Shown here: one piece after another, positions 59,822-64,000 of the stretch
Layout of the letters: each line of letters opens with the position of its first letter
Numbering within the stretch: position 1 is the stretch's first letter
Assembly: GCF_009914755.1 (NCBI RefSeq)
Contig: NC_060935.1
Length of the DNA: 64,000 nt
Reading direction: 5' to 3' (one strand)
From: the human T2T-CHM13v2.0 reference genome, Homo sapiens
Position numbers and translations under genes: made by a program
Notes under the pieces: model-generated
What the model saw: only the letters and a program-made list of their open reading frames with translations
The model's database searches: none
What the model was told of the DNA's origin: nothing

Positions 59822-61281
59822 TCAAGTCATAGGATGTGCCCCAGGTTTCATGAGGTACAAGAGAGGCGGATTTACCACAACATTGTTGAAAGCGTTAATT
59901 AAAAATGATAACATTTAGTAATTACTGACCAGGCACAGTGGCTCACGCATGTAATCCCAGCACTTTGGGAGGGCGAGGCAGGCGGATCACTTGAGGCCAG
60001 GAGTTTGAGACCAACCTGACTATGCCTGTCCTGAGATTTCTTAGTAAGCCAGTTACCCATATGTTTGGGGCCCACCACATGTCAAGACCATATAATGTGT
60101 CAGTTGAGAGCTCTCTCTTCTGCTTGCTTAAAGAATAAAATCTCGGCCAGATGTGGTGGGTCACACCTGTAATCCCAGTACTTTGGGAGGCCCAGGTGGG
60201 CAGATCACTTGAGGCTGTGAGTTTGAGACCAGTATGGCCAAAATGGAGAAATCTCGTCTCTACTAAAAATACAAAAATTAGACAGGTGTTGTGGCTTATA
60301 TCTGTAATCCTAGCTACTCAGGAGGTTAAGGCAGAAGAATCACTTGAACCTGGGAGGTAGAGGTTGCAGTAAGCAGAGATTGTGCCACTCCCAAATACTT
60401 TGGGAGACTGCTTTCTGATGTAAATTATTTGCTGTTAAAAAATGGGGTTAGAGAGACAGCAATAGTAAGCAGACCGAGCTGATGCCCTCTTAACTCTTCT
60501 TGGTAGGTGAGTGAATTTGGCCTTTATTCTACAACACAAGCGGTCCTTACCTTTAAAATGTCTGCTTTGAATAAGCTAAGATTTATCGGAATTCATATCC
60601 TGAGAGATTTTATTTTATTTCATTTCATTTTTTCTGAGACAGGGTCAAATGGCTCTCTTGCCCAGGCTGGAGTGCAGTGGCAATATCTTGGCTCAGTGCA
60701 ACCTCCAACTCCCTGGTTCAACTGATTCTCTGTTTCAGCCTCCTGGCTAGCTGGGATTACAGGTGAGTACCACCAGGCCCAGCTAATTTTTTGTATTTTT
60801 AGTACACACAGGGTTTCACCATGTTGGCCAGGCTGGTCTCAAACTCCTAACCTCAAGTGATCTGCCCACCTCAACCTCCCAAAGTGCTGGGATTACAGGC
60901 GTGAGCCACCGTGCCTGGCCCTAAAGGTGTTATTCTTAAACTACATTGTCTCTTGCCAGAGATTTCTGCAGTTTTTTCAGTTCCTTTTATGATTCAGTTC
61001 GACAAATATTATTGATTACCTGAATTGTTGCAATGAACTGTGTTGAAAGGTCCTTCCCTCAAGAAAAATCACACTCTACCAGGACAGAAAGAAAAATACA
61101 TAACTAGCAGTAACTAAAGTCAGATTGTAATACTTGTCCTAGTGGTGCTATGGGAGCCCAAAGAAATGAATGTGCGGGCTGGGCCCGGTGGCTCACGCCT
61201 GTAATCCCAGCACTTTGGAAGGCTGAAGTGGGAAGGTCACTTGAGGGCAGGAGTTTAAGACTAGCCTGGACAACATATCTA

Positions 61282-61530
<249 letters not shown>

Positions 61531-61596
61531 CTATGTCAAAATGCATGTTCATGTGTTAGTTTCATGTATGTTCTGTTTAATCATGAGATTTATTAA

Positions 61597-61916
<320 letters not shown>

Positions 61917-62954
61917 TGAGCCACAGAGCCCAGCTAGGCCACGTATGTTTCTATGCTTCAACATGTAGTATAACACAATGCTTTTGGCCTTTTTTTTTTT
62001 GTTTTGTTTTTTTTTCAGAAGGAGTGTCGCTCTGTTGTCCAGGCTGGAGTGCAGTGGCTCAGTCTCGGCTCACTGCAAACTCCACCTCCCGGGTTCAAGC
62101 TGCCCAAGTAGCTGGGATTACAGGCGCATGCCACCACTCCCAGCTAATTTTTGTACTTTTAGTAGAGATAGGATTTCACAATGTTGGCCAGTCTGGTCTC
62201 AAACTCCTGACCTTGTGATCTGCCTGCCTCAGCCTCCCAAGGTGCTGGGATTACAGGCGTGAGCCACTGCGCCTGGCAACTCTTATCCTTCTTTTGGATT
62301 TAATTTTATTAATTCTGGCAGACAGAGCAAATATAATTAAAGATATTAAAACAGGTAGCTCATTTATGGTTTCTGCTAAATAAATTAAAAACAAACAGCA
62401 GCCGGGCACAGTTGATCATGCCTGTAATCCCAGCACTAAAACACAAAAAATTAGCCGGGCGTAGTGGCAGATGCCTGTAATCCCATCTACTCGGGAGGCT
62501 GAGGCAGGAGAATTGCTTCAACCTGGGAGGCGGAGGTTGTACTGAGCCAAGATTGCGCCACTACACTGTAGCCTGGTTGACAGAGCGAGACTCTGTCTCA
62601 GAAAAATAAATAAATAAATAAAAAATAAACAGCAGGCCAGGTGCGGTGGCTCATGCCTGTAATCACAACAGTTTGGGAGGCCAAGGTGTGAGGATGGCTT
62701 GAGCCCAGGAGTTTGAGACTAGCCTGGCTAACATAGTAAGAACTTGTCTCTACAGATAATAATAATTTTTAGGGCCAGACTTGGTGGCTCACATCTGTAA
62801 TCCCAGCACTTTGGGAGGCCAGGGCGGGCAAATCACCTGAGGTTGAGAGTTTAAGACTAGCCTGACCAACATGGAGAAACCCCATCTCTAATAAAAATAC
62901 AAAATTAGCCGGGTGCAGTGGCGCATGCCTGTAATCCCAGCTACTTGGGAGGCT

Positions 62955-63062
62955 GAGACAGGAGAATTGCTTGAATCCTGCAGGCGGAGGTTGGAGTGAG
63001 CCCAGATTGAGACAGGAGAATTGCTTGAATCCTGCAGGCGGAGGTTGCAGTGAGCCCAGATT
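62955..63062. repeat. 54-bp tandem duplication inside an Alu right arm
   Basis: GAGACAGGAGAATTGCTTGAATCCTGCAGGCGGAGGTTG(G/C)AGTGAGCCCAGATT twice, one mismatch. Confidence 0.93.
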
Positions 63063-63401
63063 ACGCCATTGCACTCCAGCCTGGGCAACAAGAACGAAAC
63101 TCTGTCTCAAAAAATATATATTAATAATAATTTTTTTTTTAATTAGCTAGGCGTGATGGCACGAGCCTGTAGTCCCAGTTACTTGGGAGACTGAGGCTTG
63201 AGCCCGGGAGGTTAAGGCTGCAGTGAGCTGTAATTGAGCCACAGCACTCCAGCCAGGGTGGAATCTCATGAGACCCAATCTCATTTTAAAAATTAATAAA
63301 AAACTGGCCGGGTGCAGTGGTTTATACCTGTAATCCCAGCAATCTGGGAGGCCAAGGCAGGCAGATCACTTGAGGTTAGGAGTTCAAGACCAGCCTAGCT
63401 A

Positions 63402-63582
<181 letters not shown>

Positions 63583-63759
63583 CTAAAAAAAAAAAAACAG
63601 AAAACAAAAATCAAACCAAAAAACCTAATAAAAAATAATAAAATAATAAAACCGTAAATAAAAATAAACAGCCAAAAAAAATAAAATCTTTCTGAAGTAA
63701 AACGGATTGAACATCATTATGATGGATGATCCCAAAATGAAACGTCTGTTTTTTTTTGA

Positions 63760-63939
<180 letters not shown>

Positions 63940-64000
63940 TGACCAAGAAGAACTCTTTCAATTAACTTAGCACCACCCTGGGAAGGCAGACGGGTATTAT

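Overview
Human (primate) genomic DNA, roughly half Alu by eye. It holds the complete minus-strand gene TMEM41B (Stasimon; ER lipid scramblase, autophagy and flavivirus/coronavirus host factor). Seven coding exons between 37602 and 6249 splice by hand to an intact 876-nt CDS (291 aa). Intron 3 is a minor-spliceosome (U12, GT-AG) intron, the 3' UTR is long and carries two Alus, and the promoter is a CpG island with ETS, NRF1 and GC-box motifs. Intron 1 contains a same-strand PRR13 processed retrocopy with an open 136-codon frame. Upstream (38-64 kb) is intergenic: a HERV-K(HML-2) LTR5 solo LTR nested in an ERV1 LTR, two more ERV1 LTRs, L1 ORF2 remnants and dense nested Alus. Nearly all ORFs in the supplied track are Alu translations. 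I found no clearly new biological system. The best leads are the open PRR13 retrocopy, a frame-preserving Alu-derived cassette-exon candidate in intron 1, the U12-intron read-through isoform, the nested LTRs pointing at TMEM41B, and several small mutational structures.
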